DNA from: the human T2T-CHM13v2.0 reference genome, Homo sapiens
Reading direction: 5' to 3' (one strand)
Length of the DNA stretch: 64,000 nucleotides
NCBI RefSeq assembly: GCF_009914755.1
Contig: NC_060948.1
Shown here piece after piece: positions 50,595 to 64,000 of this stretch (position 1 is the stretch's first letter; every line of letters starts with the position of its first letter). A program made the translations under genes and the position numbers. The notes beneath the pieces were generated by a model, which did not search any database, had not been told where the DNA came from, and saw only the letters and a program-made list of their open reading frames with translations.

Positions 50595-53157
50595 ATGCGC
50601 CCTGAGGGCTCGCTGACCTACCGGGTGCCAGAGAGGCTGCGGCAGGGTTTCTGTGGCGTGGGTCGGGCAGCACAGGCCTTGGTGTGTGCGAGTGCCAAGG
50701 AGGGCACCGCCTTCAGGATGGAGGCTGTACAGGAGGGGGCGGCCGGGGTGGAGAGTGAGCAGGCGGCTTTGGGGGAGGAGGCGGTGCTGCTGTTGGATGA
50801 CATAATGGCGGAGGTGGAGGTGGTGGCGGAGGAGGAGGGCCTCGTGGAGCGGCGGGAGGAGGCCCAGCGGGCACAGCAGGCTGTGCCTGGCCCTGGGCCC
50901 ATGACCCCAGAGTCTGCACTGGAGGAGCTGCTGGCCGTTCAGGTGGAGCTGGAGCCGGTTAATGCCCAAGCCAGGAAGGCCTTTTCTCGGCAGCGGGAAA
51001 AGATGGAGCGGAGGCGCAAGCCCCACCTAGACCGCAGAGGCGCCGTCATCCAGAGCGTCCCTGGCTTCTGGGCCAATGTTGTATCCTTCTCAGTGTTTCT
51101 TCGGCCTTTCTAGTGGAGAGGTGCTCTCGGGGAAGTGTAAGTGACCGATGGGCAGCTCGGCGTCGATGTGACTCTTTGGGGAACAAAGGGGAGTTGCCAC
51201 GGACCAGTGTGGCTGTGGAAAGCCGGAGCAGGCGTGGGTACTATTGTCCTGCATGCGGCAGAGAAACCCTTGGTGATGCCGAGCAGCAGACGTTTGGGGC
51301 ATCTTTTTGAAGAGCAGAAGCGAGTTCAGAGCGGAAGAGGTTTTTCAGTGAATGAAGCTATTTTTAAGGGAGTGTGATTGCTGCCCCTTGCTAGTCCGAT
51401 CTGGGACTGGGCGTCTTCGGCTATAAGCAGATTCTGCCACTCCTCAGACACCAGCAAGTCTCTGCAAATCGCGCCTCCCCATGTCAGTGCAGTCAGCCTC
51501 AGAATCATACACCCTCTGTGAACACAGGAGGCCTTAGTTTACGGGGAGGGGGAGGCGAAAGGAGATCATACATGGAAGCAGATCTGAGAAATCCCCTACC
51601 CCAGCCTCTGGGTGCTCTTAGGCCTTCTTCCCTGTTGCTCCTCGCTTTCCCTTCCATCGTGTGTAAAGTCTCTTTGACCTAAATCAGATTGCAAACCACC
51701 CCCAGATGTCAGCCCTGATCACTGACGAAGATGAAGACATGCTGAGCTACATGGTCAGCCTGGAGGTGAGGCCAGGAAGACTGGGGCTAGAGGGTTTAGC
51801 GGGGGAGGGTAAGGGAAATAATTCATTCCTGTAAGCAAGAGTGAGCACCTCACCCGAAAACCTATCTAAGCTTTCTCCACCTTGTCCTGACAGGTGGAAG
51901 AAGAGAAGCATCCTGTTCATCTCTGCAAGATCATGTTGTTCTTTCGGAGTAACCCCTACTTCCAGAATAAAGTGATTACCAAGGAATATCTGGTGAACAT
52001 CACAGGTGACAGGTGGCTCCCAGGATGGGTAGTGGAAGGAAGATGGTGGGTGGATCATTGCCAACGGGATCCAGCCCCCTTCCCACAAAAACTCCTGTCT
52101 CTGTAGAATACAGGGCTTCTCATTCCACTCCAATTGAGTGGTATCCGGATTATGAAGTGGAGGCGTATCGCCGCAGACACCACAACAGCAGCCTTAACTT
52201 CTTCAACTGGTTCTCTGACCACAACTTCGCAGGATCTAACAAGATTGCTGAGGTGAGTCCTCACTGGGAAACATGAGGAATGACCCCGTGTGTTCCCAGC
52301 TGCTTGGGTCACCTTTCTGAGCCCTGATGAGGCCTTTCCCGATTGAGTCCCCTGACAGATCCTATGTAAGGACCTGTGGCGCAATCCCCTGCAATACTAC
52401 AAGAGGATGAAGCCACCTGAAGAGGGAACAGAGACGTCAGGTGAGCCGTTAGTTGGCACTGGAGCTGTTTGATGCCCAGTATAAGGGGGTTGACACACCT
52501 GCCTATTCAGGGAGCCTGGGTGCTCATTTCAGAAATGTAGAAATTGAGGCTCCTTTCGTACATGTAGAAATTCCTTGAGAGGAAGACAGAGAGTGACAGA
52601 ATCCAGGACGTTCATGGCATTGGGCTGAAAAGGCACGTTAGAGACTGCACTGCAAAGCGGGTGATAGCTGTGGAGTCTTAAGCCCAGTGAAGAATCGTCC
52701 ATTTCCAGAATCAATGAGAAGTAAAGCTGAAAATCATTCAGTTCAGTCTGTGGCACTTGATTCCACGGCTGTCAACCCCACCGGCAGTCATCCCACCAAC
52801 CCCATGAGATTGGGCTCCCTGAATGTGCGTCCTGGTCATCCTTGCCCCAAACCACAAAGGACTGTTTAGATTGATGGATTTCCTTAAGCTGTTGCCCCAT
52901 CAGACTTGTGTGTGCTTTTAGGGCCCAGTGCATCTTGTTAGCTGACTCCCCTCACAGACAATACTGGGAATGGGGCAGGGATTGCGCAGAACAGTTTGTA
53001 ACACGTGGTAGGAGGAAGTTTAAGGGATCACAAATGGGGAAGGGATATCCTTTTCTCAGCGGGCCCCACAATTGAAACATTTCAAAGTATGGCTCAGAGA
53101 AAATGCGTTTTAACATGAGTTTGTGTTTCTCTAGGGGACTCCCAGTTGTTGAGTTGA
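50595..53157 (+). CDS. TSPY: TSPY copy 3, 308 aa
   Basis: Exons 50595-51080, 51688-51765, 51894-52005, 52107-52252, 52359-52440 and 53135-53157. The protein appears identical to copy 1, with one synonymous GCC->GCG change in exon 4. Confidence 0.96.
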
Positions 53158-53327
53158 ATATGATGGAGCATCAGATTTTACCTAATACAGCAGAACTCCT
53201 AAAAAGTTACAGCCATATGCAGGACGGCAGTACTCAGCATGGTCTTATGCACAGGAACTAAAGGAAAAAGAGATCGAGTCACAAAAATTCAGGAAGAGGG
53301 GGTAAATGTGGATTGTATGGAATGAAA

Positions 53328-53333
53328 AATAAA
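53328..53333 (+). terminator. TSPY polyadenylation signal, copy 3
   Basis: Same context as 12750-12755. Confidence 0.8.
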
Positions 53334-56300
53334 CATTCTCAAGGATGTGTGACTCTGTGTCTGTGTGTGTGTGTGTGTGTCTTTGAGTTTGTGTGTGTGT
53401 GTGTGTGTGTATGTTTATCCACTTTATTCGGGTGTCATAATGAATTGATCAATCCACGTGCTTTATTCTCTTCATGGAAATAACCAGTCTGCGTTGGAGC
53501 TGGGCCTCTAAAGTTGTAGAGTGAATGGGTGTGGGATGTGTTGGGATTCTTCCTACAGGACAGAGTGGGAGAGGTAAAAGCAAAAGACAGCTTAGTTGGA
53601 GGCTGACTTCGTCCTGTGGAAGCAGAGATAGTTCAAGGAAAGGGGTTACTGGGTTTCCAGGGCCCAGTTTGCTGGGACCTCCAAAATCCTTCATTTTGGG
53701 TATCATCATACACAGTAGCTAAGCACAGGATGATGGAAATCTTAAAGTTCGCTTTCGTGTTGAATCCACATGTTCTTTTAAAGGTGAATGCATGATCCTT
53801 TTCTGGGACAATCAGCCTCTCAGGACTTCTGAAACATCAACGTGAGAAGAAATGGGCATGTAAGGTGTATGGAGGGACTGTGGGAAAGGTGACAGAGGCA
53901 TGTGGGAAGGCATTCAGGATACGCTTTTGGCATAGATGACTAAGGGAAAACAGAAACTTACAGAAGTGAGGGGAAAGGGGGTGGATTAGTGGAATATAAG
54001 ATTGTTGGAGAATCCATCCATGGACTCTCTTGTCACTTGATGACCCAGGATATGGACACTCTTGTTGATGTTTACATCTTTAGTTGTTTTAAGCTTTTCT
54101 CCAAGATTCTGTGTTAGGTGAGGAGCCAATAACGTATGTAGCTAACAACAGTACGAGTGCATTTTGTGCTCTTGCAAAGTCTAGTGAGGCTCTATTCTCC
54201 CTCGTGATTGGCACTGCAGATTGTATCTGGAGCCCAGGGCCCCTAAATTTTCTGTGGCCTCTTCAGCATAGTTTGCCTAAGGTTTAGAACGTAAAGCGAA
54301 TATAGTTGCGGAATATGTTTTGCAAGCCTCACACAGGAGGACAAAACATACAGCTTTCATTCGCGAGTGGGAGGCTGCTTCCCAGGAACACGTGTGTCTG
54401 CACAAGACAAGGGGTTGCCTCTGTCAAGGATGGGGCAGGAGGATTTCAGTGTCGGAGGCAGAACTTTCTTTCCTGTTCCCAGATGAAACAGTTCCAACAC
54501 GAGCATCCATGTTGACCACACGCTACTAGAGTGCTAACATTGCTGTCCCGTATAGACTCTGGTCAGCACAGCTTCTGTGAGAAGAGCTATGTTGTTTCAG
54601 GGAAGAGGGTTTGACAGTCAAAGTTCCTGAATCTGTTGTGGTGCCTGCAATATGCATTCTACCCCTCCTGCTCGGTGTCAAAGCAGTTGAGCTTTGAAAA
54701 TCTATCGCCCGGTTTTGTCCCTGCTCCTATGCAGACCTCTGAAGCTCTGGAGCGGGAGTCTTGTCCTCCTCTGACTACCGTCCCCCTGACCCACAAACAC
54801 AGGAGAAACAGGTGTTCTAAGCAAATTATTCTGAAAACAGTCGGAACCCTTTGGCCCCCTCAAGCTGCCCTGTATCCTACTGTGTGCATGTCAAAGACAC
54901 TGTGGTCCAGTACGGTATCCCTATAGCGGCAATGGGGCAACAGATTGGTGTGTGCACTCTGGGCAACTCAGATTAGGAAACGTCTGGGGACTTGCCTATA
55001 ACGAGGTCGTCTTAAAACGTGTTGCCCCAAATTTAAGGCATAGGAAAATGTTGAGGAAAGGGTCTTGCAATGATTTTTCTAGGAGGTAAATAGATAAGAA
55101 AATGACCGTAAATAGATGCCAGGGCTAGTTTTGGAGCTAGCCTGTTTTAAAGTGGTGGTAGGGGAGGAGCTTTTTCCAAGGCAGGTAGCAAACCAGGAAC
55201 TGTCTACGATGGATGGGCGTGCCACGGGTTGGTGGCTCAGCCATATTGCCACCCCACCGAGTGAATGCAGCAGACTGGGCTTCTTCCTTGAATCCTACGT
55301 GCAATTCAGTCTAGTGATTTCACATGAGATCCCTTCTTCTGGTATTATCACAGATCGTGCTGAATTATACAGGCTGTGTAATGCTTCTTCCACTGAATAT
55401 CCGTGCACGTGGGCCACAGATGCTAAGGGCACTGACAAATTTGCACCGTGCCTCAGTAACTCGGAAGCACATCTGTGATTTGTACCGACAGGGACTTGGT
55501 GTCTTTTCGTGTTTAAAGTAGCACGTGTGTGTTTGTGGTTGCGTATGTTTATTTCTCTGTGCGGGTTTGTATATTTTCTCTGACTCCACCTGTGTCTCCG
55601 TGGTTCCGATATTTTTCCACACTCCCTGCGACAATTTGCACATGCCTATCTCTACAACCATTGTAGACTTTGTATCTGTGTCTTTGAACATCTGTCACTC
55701 TCTCTCCCTTCCTTTTTTCTTTTCCTTCCTTTACACCCCTTTCATCCTTCCCTTGCTTCCCCACCACACTCTCTCCATCTGTATCGTCTATCTTTCTATT
55801 CTCTATCTGGGTTTACTTTCTAATTCTGAATTCAAGGGCATTGAATTGAAAAGAAGCACTCTTCGTACTTTTATGTGTTTTAACTCATTTGGGGAATTTG
55901 GCGTGGTATTATTTACAGGGTTCTCTCTGCCCTTTCTCATTGTTCTCCCCAGCCGGGGCTGTTATTATGTGAAAGCTGGTTTCCTTCATCACATCGCGTA
56001 GGCTCTAATGATGTTTCGTTTATTTTGATTCTCCTCACACTACATAGTTTTAATTTACCTAATGTGACTGTTTTTTTGTTTGTTTTCCGAGAATGGGTCT
56101 TACTCTGTCTTCTAGGTTGGACAGCAGCCCCACGATCTCAGCCCACTGCAGCCCAGGCACCACACACCCATGTGATCCTGTCAACTCAGACTCTCACACA
56201 CCTGGCAGTACAGGTGCATGCCACCCCTCCAAGCTATGTATTAATTAACTAAATACTTACTTTTTGAATGTGGGTCCATGTTGCCCCAGGCTCATCTGGA

Positions 56301-56769
56301 ACTCCTGAGTGCAGGCAATCCTCCCACCTCAGCTTATCAAAGTGCTGGGATGACAGGTGTGACCCATGGCCCTGCCATGGCTTTGTGTTTTTTGCTTTTT
56401 CTTCCTCCTCCTCACGTCTTGTTTTGAAACATGCACTGAAGGTTTCAATTCATGGACTATAGTCTCTGTGCCTGGAATTTCTATCTTTCAACTCATCATC
56501 AGCATTCATTGGGATTTTCATATATATATACACCTATATAAGAATACCTATGTACACACATATATACGTATATACATGTATATACGTATATATGCACATT
56601 TATATACGTATATACATGTATATACGTATATATATACATGTACACATATGTATTTATTTCTCAAGTTACGAAACGGCTTGCATTCTTTCCTGTGTCATGA
56701 AAAAGACTTTGCTAGAAAAGAAAAGCACTGCTTTATAATAAAATATTTTATTTGCATTTATTTTGTTAA

Positions 56770-58520
56770 GGCATTTTAAAAATTGTATGTTTGTTTAAAA
56801 AATGTCATATGAAATGATACATATTTACAACTTAAGGCGTGATGTTCAACAGGTCATATACATTATGCATTGGATACATCCAGCCAATCAACATATGTGT
56901 GACCTCACATAGTTGTCATTTTTGTTGTGAAAAAACTTGACCTGCACTGTATTCGAATATTTTTAGAGAAAGAATATGTTACCACTAGTTATAGTGAGCA
57001 TGCTGAAGAAAATATTTTTAACCTATTCCTCCTTTATAACTAGAAGTATGAGTTCTTCATCCAGCATCTCGTCAGTGCACCCTCTTCACCGCAGTCATTG
57101 GAGTCACTACTTCTGTGAAGTCCGCTTTTTTGATTTCATATAAGAATGAGATCATGTGCTATTTTCCTTTCTGATACCTGGCTTATGTCACTTAACAGAA
57201 TGGCATGCACACATTCAGCAGATTCCCACACATTCTCACAACTGGCAGGATTTCCTGATTTCTTATTGCAGCGCATATTTCCGTTGCGCATATGCGTTTT
57301 TGCCCCATTTTTTAATCCACTTATCAATGGAGGGACACTCAGGTTGCTTCCGCATTTTGGCTACAGCAAAAATGTAATGAGTGCAGCAATAATTGCATGG
57401 GTGCGCGCACCGCTTCAACATACTGATCTGTGTACTGGCGGGCGTGCCCGGGTATTCTGATTTGCTGGATCATATAGTGGGTGGTTCTACTTGTAGATTT
57501 CTGAAGGCTGTTTATACTTAAATAAGAGCCATAAAGCTTCTTTGATGCCAGCACTAATTTACATTCTCCCCAAAAGTGAGCAGGGAATTCGTTTTCTCTG
57601 CCTCCTCACCAGAGATTAGGGTTTTCTTTTCTTTCTTTTTTTTTTTTTGTTTGTTTGTCTTTCGGATAATATGCATTCTGACTGAAGTGAGAAGAAATCT
57701 CATTGTGTTTTTGATTTGCATTTTCGTGATGGATTGGGGATAATGAGGAATTTTTAGTGTGTCTTCTGGGCAACTGTATGTCTCAGTTTCACAAATGAGT
57801 CTTCGCAGCCTTCGCCCATTTGTTTTCATGCTATTGAGTTGTTGGGAGTTCCTTATGTACTGTGACTATTCCCCCATGAACAGATGTATGGTGATCCAAT
57901 CATTGCTCCCATCCTGTAGGATGCCCCTTCTGTATGTTGAGTTTTCTATGGTGTGGTGAAGCACTTTAGTTTGATATGATTCCATTCTCTATTTTTGATG
58001 GTGTTTACTGTGTTCTTGCAGTCACTTTGAGACCATCATTGCACACACGGACGCCATGGAGCTGCTTCCTTGTGATCTCTTCTGCTATTTTTATCGTTTC
58101 ACATCTGACACTGGAGTTTGGTGATAAATAATCCACTTGTAAAATCCTTTGTGTGGCTATTCAGATTTCCCCAACCTAGTTTATAGAAGATACTTGATTT
58201 TGCATTGGGCGTTCTTGCTTCTTTGGGAAAAGGCTGTGAGCTGCAAATGCAGTGACTTAGTTCTGGGCTCCTGTTGTTTTTCCTAAGCTCTAGTCTCTGC
58301 TTTTCTGCCAGCGCTATTGTATTTTGGTACAAAAAGTTTTGTAGTAGTATATCATGAAGTTAGGTAGTGGGGTGGCTCCAGCTTTGTGCTTTTTACTGGA
58401 TTGCTCTGGGTTTTCAGGATCTTCTGCCATTTCATAGCAAATTTGGGATTCCCAGATTGTTTTCTAAGAAGAATGTGTCATTGATACTTTTACAGGGGTT
58501 GTATAGAATCTGAGGATGAC
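56770..58520 (-). mobile_element. LINE-1 fragment, unit 3
   Basis: Copy of 16200-17950. Confidence 0.83.
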
Positions 58521-59231
58521 TCAGGTAGTAGTGATGTCAATGCCGTTTAGACAATGTGCGTGTTTGTGTGCACATGCTCAGGGCCAAGAGACACTGGGTG
58601 TCCTCACCAATACTGAGGTGGGCCTTAATATCCAGCCAGATTGCCTTCTGGAAACACACGGAATGTCCTGTTCTGTTTTGCCATCTCTTCACATTTCCTC
58701 CCCTGTGAGCCCTGTGTGGTCCTCCAGATTCCCTGTGCGGTGGCCTGCCTTTTTTGGGGTGGGGAGTTGCTGGGTGAATGAGGATGGCGGAGGGAACCAA
58801 GCATGTCAGTGGAGCGTGGTGTCATCCAAACGGTACTTAGCAGGCCTGGGAGAGTCATTCTGGGAGGACGCAGACCTAGAGAGGCCTCAGGTGGGCATCT
58901 GTGTGGAGGGTGAGAGATCCCTGGTTGAGCCCAAACTGAACCCCAGGTAGAAGCAAGCCTCAGGACAGGGAAGTAGCTAGCAAGGGATGATGAGGCAGCT
59001 ATCTCTTGACCCTGGCTTCCCACCCATTGACCTTAGCTACTTATGCCTATTAAGCAGATTACGGTTCCCCCATCGTGAAATGTGGGTACCACAGTTCCCT
59101 GATGGGCATTTCTCCACCAGCCCATGATGGCCTGAGTTTCCTTACTGCAGTCTCCTCCCTGAGCCTTGGCTTCTCTATGTGTGTCCTAACTCCAGGACCC
59201 ACAGGCCTGTCAACCCCCAGCCCTGGGCTGC

Positions 59232-60011
59232 TTCCCTGGCCTCTTCTCTGTTCCCTCTCTGAGGGCCTAACTCCCTTGGGTAGTGCTGCAGAATATAGAG
59301 CCACAGGCCCTGGCTGATGATCTGGTGGACTGGGCAAATTGGTCGTGACAGGTCAGGTTCTGGTTCAAAGCCAATTCCTCCGATGCCAAGGAATGTCGAA
59401 GAAGGTCCTTTGCCATGATGTCCCATAGCTGTCCCACCTCAGCAATCGTGCCGTAACCTGGGCCCTCACAGTCAGACAACCAGCTGAAGAAGCTCAGGCA
59501 GTGACCTGCGGGAAACTCGGGCTTTCACCTGCATGACCCTAGAACCACTGGACTGCAGTGGAGCCAGTCGCCCTGTATCCTGGAGGGAGACGAGTCAGGA
59601 AGGCGCACGCCAGGCCCAGCTCCCGAGGTACTACCCCCTCTACTCCTCAGGGAGGATGCCAACGCAATACTCCTTAGTCATCACTTTGTTTCCGAAGTAA
59701 ATGTTGTGATGAAAGGCAAACTTCTTCCTACCCCTTGTATTCAGGTGGCCGAGTTCCTCCACCTGCCTGTCCAAGAAGGAGAAACAGGGCTGTGAAGGGG
59801 CAATTTCATCTAGGTGGGCTGAGGTGGCACTCTAGCCGGGGTGAAGCATGCGTTTCCCCTTCCCAGCTTTCCCGCTGAGACACACCTGAGCCCCAGAAGG
59901 ACCTCAACCTGACCAGGACCTTAGCACCCTCCCCCAGACCCAGGCTTTCCATCCTGACCTGCAAATCCAACATGCAGCTTTGAAGGACTTTCTCATGGTT
60001 TCTGAGCTCCT
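59232..60011 (-). pseudogene. Partial TSPY-family paralogue B, unit 3
   Basis: Copy of 18660-19440 at offset ~+40572; carries an extra 1-bp deletion (tcaggtggcc vs tcagggtggcc). Confidence 0.84.
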
Positions 60012-62052
60012 TGCTCTCACCAGAAAGAATCAGAACTTTTAAAGTGTTCTTTATGCCAACTTAAATTTTTCATTTTTACTACCTCATGTTTTGGATGAGG
60101 CATGTATTTTTAAATTTATTTTCACCCTTATTGTACCTCTATGATAAACTGCTTGCTTACATTCATACCGTAATTATCTCTCAGGTTACTTGTCTGTTCC
60201 TAAAGATTCACTGAAACGAAGAATTCTATATATGCTTGTATCTTTCAGCAACCGTATGTCAGATAGCACTGCACATTACTGCAGACATCGCATATACAGG
60301 TCCAAAGGTAGAGGAAGAAGAAGAAAGCAAGCGTTAAACTCTATTCATTCCTAAAAGCATATCAGAAACTCACAAATAACAGTGAAATCAAAGAATGATC
60401 ACAGCCAATTCCATTACATACCTAGACTGAAATACGAAACTTCAAAGAAAAGAAACATTAGAACTTTGGGTTTGTAAAAATTTTCCTATATAGATAAAAT
60501 TGTTGGTAACTGTGTCTCACTAGAAAACGTAAACAAAAATCCATGTTTTTCATATTTGTAAATATACATAGTTTTATTTCCATCAGTTATGACATGCAAG
60601 CAAGTAATAAAGTGAAAGTACAATCAAATGATATATGGAACTTCCTCAGTCTTAAAATATTCCGTGGAGACTATCAATTTTATGAAAACTATAAAGAATG
60701 CTTCATGAAACTACATTGTACAGTGCCATTTACTATTTTACTGACATTTTAAATAATCAACAATTAAAGGGAATACGTCAACATTATTTAATACCAATAA
60801 CGTTATTTTTCTTGAGTAATCCTGTTGAAATTAAGGATTTTAAATAAAACATTAAAAACAAATTATATTGACTGATTTCAGCTTTGGATGAAATCATACT
60901 TGTGTATTTGTAGTAATGCGAAGCATAACTTTCTCCTCACAATTAATCTTTTATAACATCGGTGTTATAGTTTTCTCTGACACCAACATTGTGATATCGC
61001 ACAGGTTTACTGCATGCATGCATTACATGCCTCCAGAGAGTAGGCTTCAAATATATGGAAAAATTATATTTATGAAAAAATTCTAGGAAAGGGAATGGTG
61101 AAATGGAAGAGAATTTCTCACTTGCTAACTGTTGGACATGGATTTGTATATATTTGGATATAGACACATACTGGCACACTGTGAGTTTGCCCATGTATAT
61201 ATACACTTATATGAGAAACCCATAATATATGGGTTGTGTAATCTTTTAATTAATCCATAATTGTATGTGTGTGAAATTAGATAAGCGGTTACCTTTTCTT
61301 TACTCAATTTGATGGAAAGCCAAAAAACTCTGTCCACCTTCATTTCAATTAATCCAATACTGTTAACTGCTGGTAGCTTCATTCTCCTTGTTCTCTTACG
61401 GCAACCGGAAAGTTAATTCTCGCTCTAATTTGGCTTTCAAGGTGCGATCAACAAGAGTGTCACCTTGCTGTGGATTGTGACCTCTGACTCCACCTCTGTC
61501 TTCCTTTTGCAGTCCTACCTTTGCATAGGTAACAAACTTTGTACATGGTTAAAAGGATAAAAGTTCAGTGAAATGTCAAGCCATGCTGTGAAATGTTCCA
61601 TAGTTTCTATATCTCTAATTGTCCTTTGATGTTATAGAGGCAAGAAAAATAATTCAATCTTTTTCTTAGTATCTAGTCCAATGCACTCTTTCTTCATAAT
61701 ACTGCAAACAAGGCACTGACATGGAAACGTGGCTGGACGTCTCAAAATCTCTTCTCATTAATTACCATTATGTTAATCACTGTTGCCCACAACTGGAATT
61801 GGACTTTGAAATCCCCTGGTGGAAATTGCTATAATGGCTCAAACTACTGGAAAGACTATCTTTTTTTACCTGAAAATATCTGATGAGCATAGACGTATGC
61901 TATATACAGGAAGATATTGTACATTAACAACATACCATCACTGCCACTCAATAATAGGTATCCCAAACCTTTGAGCCAAACTGAGCTCGGGTGCTCCCAC
62001 AAACCAAGCTTTTCCCTCCACAGATTTCTTATGTCAAAAAGCCACAACTCCA

Positions 62053-62718
62053 GGCCAGGCTTCGTGGCTCTTGTAATTTCTACATTTTGGGAGGCCGAGG
62101 TTGGTGGGTCACTTGAGGTCAGGAGTTGGAGACCAGCATGGGCAACATGGCAAAAAGCTGTCTCTACCAAAAATACAAAAATTAGCCAGACCTAGTGGCA
62201 CTTTCCTGTGGTCCCAGCTACTTGGGAGGCTGAGGCAGGAGAACCACCTGAACATGGGTGGCAGAGATTGTATAGTAAGCCAAGATCAGACTACTGCACT
62301 CCAGCCTGGATGACACAGCGAGACCATGAGTGAAAAAAGAAAAAAAAAAAATAAAGGCAACTCCACTCGTCCACTGGCTTAGGTAAAAAGTACTGGAGTT
62401 GGCTGGGCTCGGTGGCTCACACCTGTATTCCCAGCACTTTGGATTTTGGGAAGCTGAGTCGGGCGGGTCACCTGAGATCTGTAGTAGGAGAGCAGCCTGG
62501 CCAACATGGTGAAGCCTGGCTTCTACTAAAAATACAAAACATTAGCTGAGCGTGGTGATGCATGCTTGTAATCCCAGCTACTGCAGAGGCTGAACCTGGG
62601 AGGCGGAGGATGTGTTGAGCTGAGATCCTGCCACTGCGCTCCAGCCTGGTCTACAGAGCGAGAGTACCCTGTGAGAAACAAAGGTGAAGAGAACAAGAAA
62701 AAAAAAATGAGAAAAATA
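62053..62718 (+). mobile_element. Tandem Alu pair, unit 4
   Basis: Copy of 1195-1865 with a 3-bp (TTG) deletion near 62071. Confidence 0.9.
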
Positions 62719-62813
62719 AGACCCACTGCAAAAGGTTGCCACAGAAAAGATTAAACATTTCAGCAACTTCTATCTTCTGTCATGGAAGCCAAGGTTATTT
62801 GGACCAAACCTCC

Positions 62814-63166
62814 TGTCTTAGTTCATTTTCACGCTGCTGAAGAAGACATACCTGAAACTGGGAATAAAAGGAGGTTTAATTGGACTGACAGTTCCACATG
62901 GCTGTGGAGGCCTCAGAATCATGGTATACGAATAAAGGCACTTCTTACATGGCAATGCCAAGAGAGAATGAGGAAGAACCTGAGGCAGAAACCCCTGAAA
63001 AACCCATCAGATCCCGTGAGACTTCTTCACTGTCACAAGAATAGCATGAGAAAGACCGACCCCCATGATTCAATTACCTCCCCCTGGGTCCCACCCGCAA
63101 CACGAGGGAATTCTGGGAGATACAATTGAAGCTGAGATTTGAATGGAGACACACCAAACCATGTCA
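62814..63166 (-). mobile_element. THE1-family solo LTR, unit 4
   Basis: Copy of 1959-2311. Confidence 0.87.
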
Positions 63167-64000
63167 CTTCCCAAACAATTAAAAATTCCCAATAGAAGAA
63201 GCATTAATTATATCAAAAAGTGGTGGACCAAGAAGGAACTATTAGCCTCATATCTCAAGAAAGACTCCAGTCAAGGCCTAGGGACTACTCATGAAAAGAG
63301 TTTAATAGCCGACTCTCTCCCAGTGGATCTGGATTCCACCGGACTGTATCTTCACAGTAAGGGTGAAACAGAAGCAAACCCATTCCTATTTCCAAGCTCA
63401 AGGAACTTTGGTCAAAGTTCTCTTGGAGCTGAGCAGAACAAGGAGGCAAACAGAAAAGATTTGTGTCCCTGAGAAGTCATGGCCACAGGCTGGCTATCAC
63501 ACAGATTGTCAAGCCAGTTCCATATTGCATGGGTATTACAGAAAATCTCAAAACATAAATTTGTGTGTGGGTTGTCCCAGAGTAGCAGGATCTGGCAGAA
63601 GGAAATTTCCTTCTAACCCTCAAAGAATCCACATAAATCTTGTTACATTTGGGATTTTACGATTTGCTTCAGGAATGAGAATGGCCTTAATTTTCATATC
63701 TTTTTCTACACTCAGTTTATGGCTTGTTGGCGTCAAAGTTCTGCTTGCTTCACACAATGAGTTTAGGATTTTCCCTTTTTTATTCTATAGAATTCTTCAT
63801 ATATATTGAAATGCTCTGCCTGGGGAAAAAAATCTGAGCCTAGCGTTTTATCTCTAGGAAGAATCCTTTATTTCCTTGAACATTTATGAGACTATACAGA
63901 TTATATATGTCTTCTTGTATCAATTTTACTAAGCTATATACATAGCTTATGTTTATATATTATATATATAAATGTAAGATACAAATATAAAAATTATGTA

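Larger units (their letters stand above)
1..64000. repeat. TSPY tandem array (DYZ5-type), ~20.3-kb unit, ~3.15 copies; units (arbitrary phase) 1-20288, 20289-40597, 40598-60859, 60860-64000 (partial)
   Basis: The start sequence aaattatattgactgatttc recurs at 1, 20289, 40598 and 60860, and the whole ORF track repeats with near-identical translations. The ~20.3-kb period plus one TSPY per unit matches the established human Yp TSPY array. Confidence 0.97.

Noticed and set aside
10017-53157. Assigning numbered symbols (TSPY1/3/4/8/10) to individual copies
   Set aside because: The copies are near-identical and numbering depends on reference position, which cannot be established from this window.
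1-64000. Assembly artefact duplicating one unit
   Set aside because: The units differ by many SNVs, indels and microsatellite lengths, as expected for real array copies.

Overview
Eukaryotic (human-like Y-chromosome) DNA: about 3.15 copies of a ~20.3-kb tandem repeat (unit lengths 20,288, 20,309 and 20,262 bp; very high identity by eye), recognisable as the TSPY ampliconic array (DYZ5). Each unit carries one intact six-exon TSPY gene on + (308, 314 and 308 aa when spliced by hand). Each unit also carries two decayed, intron-containing TSPY-family paralogues on the minus strand: one head-to-head with TSPY across a CpG island (exons 1-5), and one partial (exons 2-5) downstream. Alu, THE1-type LTR, L1 fragments and microsatellites fill the rest. 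Most notable observations: TSPY intron 1 has U12-type (minor spliceosome) signals (GTATCCTT donor, TCTTTGAC branch), and the inverted paralogue has ATATCCTT at the homologous site; an NRF1-like palindrome sits on the start codon; unit 2 has an 18-bp in-frame duplication; variant sharing between units is mosaic; and each unit has tandem TA-rich perfect palindromes. There are no prokaryotic-type features, and most ORFs in the supplied track are spurious. All alignments were done by eye.
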